DNA from: Terriglobia bacterium
GTDB taxonomy: Bacteria > Acidobacteriota > Terriglobia > Acidiferrales > UBA7541
Reading direction: 5' to 3'
Length of the DNA stretch: 64,000 bases
NCBI GenBank assembly: GCA_963695545.1
Contig: OY968796.1
Location: 1,056,001 to 1,120,000 of the forward strand
Positions 63,425-64,000 of this stretch are shown in pieces. A model generated the notes under the pieces. The model had not been told where the DNA came from, did no database searches, and saw only the letters and a program-made list of their open reading frames with translations. A program made the position numbers and the translations under genes. Each line of letters begins with the position of its first letter. The first letter of the stretch is position 1.

Positions 63425-63520
63425 TGCGCGAATTGTAACATGACGCCACAAGTTGCCGGCGACGGCGCGCTCGCGGCGGCTCTGTCGGGGCGACGGACAG
63501 TGTGCTAGAATACGCAACCA

Positions 63521-64000
63521 ATGCGGGTCGTCGAGAAGACGCAGTTGATGTCTGCGACGGAGATTGACCGCACCCTCCAACGGGTAGCTCACGAAATTGT
63601 CGAGCGCAGCGGTGGCACTGCGCATTTGGCGCTGATTGGAGTGCGCCGGCGCGGCGTGCCGCTCGCGCAACGCATTGCGCGAGCGATGCGCGCGATTGAC
63701 GGCGTGGATGTGCCCGTCGGCACGCTGGACATCACTTTATATCGCGACGATCTCTCGATGGTCGCGGCGCAGCCCGTTTTGCAATCAAGCGAAATCCCGT
63801 TCTCCGTCGACGGCAAAGATTTGATTCTGGTGGACGACGTGCTGTACACCGGCCGCACGATCCGCGCCGCAATGAATGGCCTGTTTGATCTCGGGCGGCC
63901 GAGCCGCGTGCGCCTGTGCGTGCTGATCGATCGCGGCCACCGCGAGATGCCGATCGAAGCGGCGTTTATCGGGCGCACAGTACAAACCAGCGACATGGAA
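63521..64000 (+). CDS. pyrR: Bifunctional pyrimidine regulator/uracil phosphoribosyltransferase PyrR (3'-truncated)
   Basis: Translated by hand: IDRTLQRVAHEI, LIGVRRRGVPLA, LDITLYRDDL, LVDDVLYTGRTIRAA, DRGHREMPI. Confidence 0.95.
   Translation, partial: MRVVEKTQLMSATEIDRTLQRVAHEIVERSGGTAHLALIGVRRRGVPLAQRIARAMRAIDGVDVPVGTLDITLYRDDLSMVAAQPVLQSSEIPFSVDGKDLILVDDVLYTGRTIRAAMNGLFDLGRPSRVRLCVLIDRGHREMPIEAAFIGRTVQTSDME

Noticed and set aside
63425..63520. PyrR-binding attenuator
   Set aside because: The divergent pyrD/pyrR gap is under 100 nt, with -10 boxes close to both starts and no visible terminator/antiterminator.

Overview
High-GC bacterial chromosomal window, most likely Acidobacteriota (inferred from gene content and organisation, not from a marker-gene search). 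It is mostly housekeeping: hsp20-clpB-htpX, nagA, a split atp operon (b', b, delta, alpha, gamma, beta, epsilon; no a or c), ruvX-mltG, folP, ftsH, tilS, a tRNA with a CAT anticodon, tamA/surA-like/tamB, yebC-ruvC, methylmalonyl-CoA mutase, maf, tatA, pyrF, rlpA, pyrD and pyrR. An accessory stretch lies at about 28-42.7 kb. The stand-out locus is a three-gene minus-strand operon at 28253-29776. Gene 1 encodes a signal-peptide precursor carrying four copies of ANIGGPVPPLPPP that are identical in protein but differ synonymously in DNA. A hairpin follows, then a predicted 7-TM membrane protein and a translationally coupled membrane-anchored protein. I interpret this as a candidate peptide-signal/receptor (or peptide/immunity) system. 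Other oddities: a probably catalytically dead M28 peptidase, an orphan LysW-like protein, an orphan XRE antitoxin with a probable toxin remnant, a 59-nt REP-like tandem array, a 39-nt triple repeat, probable non-canonical starts (pyrF, Memo/AmmeMemoRadiSam B) and several apparently leaderless genes. All calls are by eye; no database searches were run.
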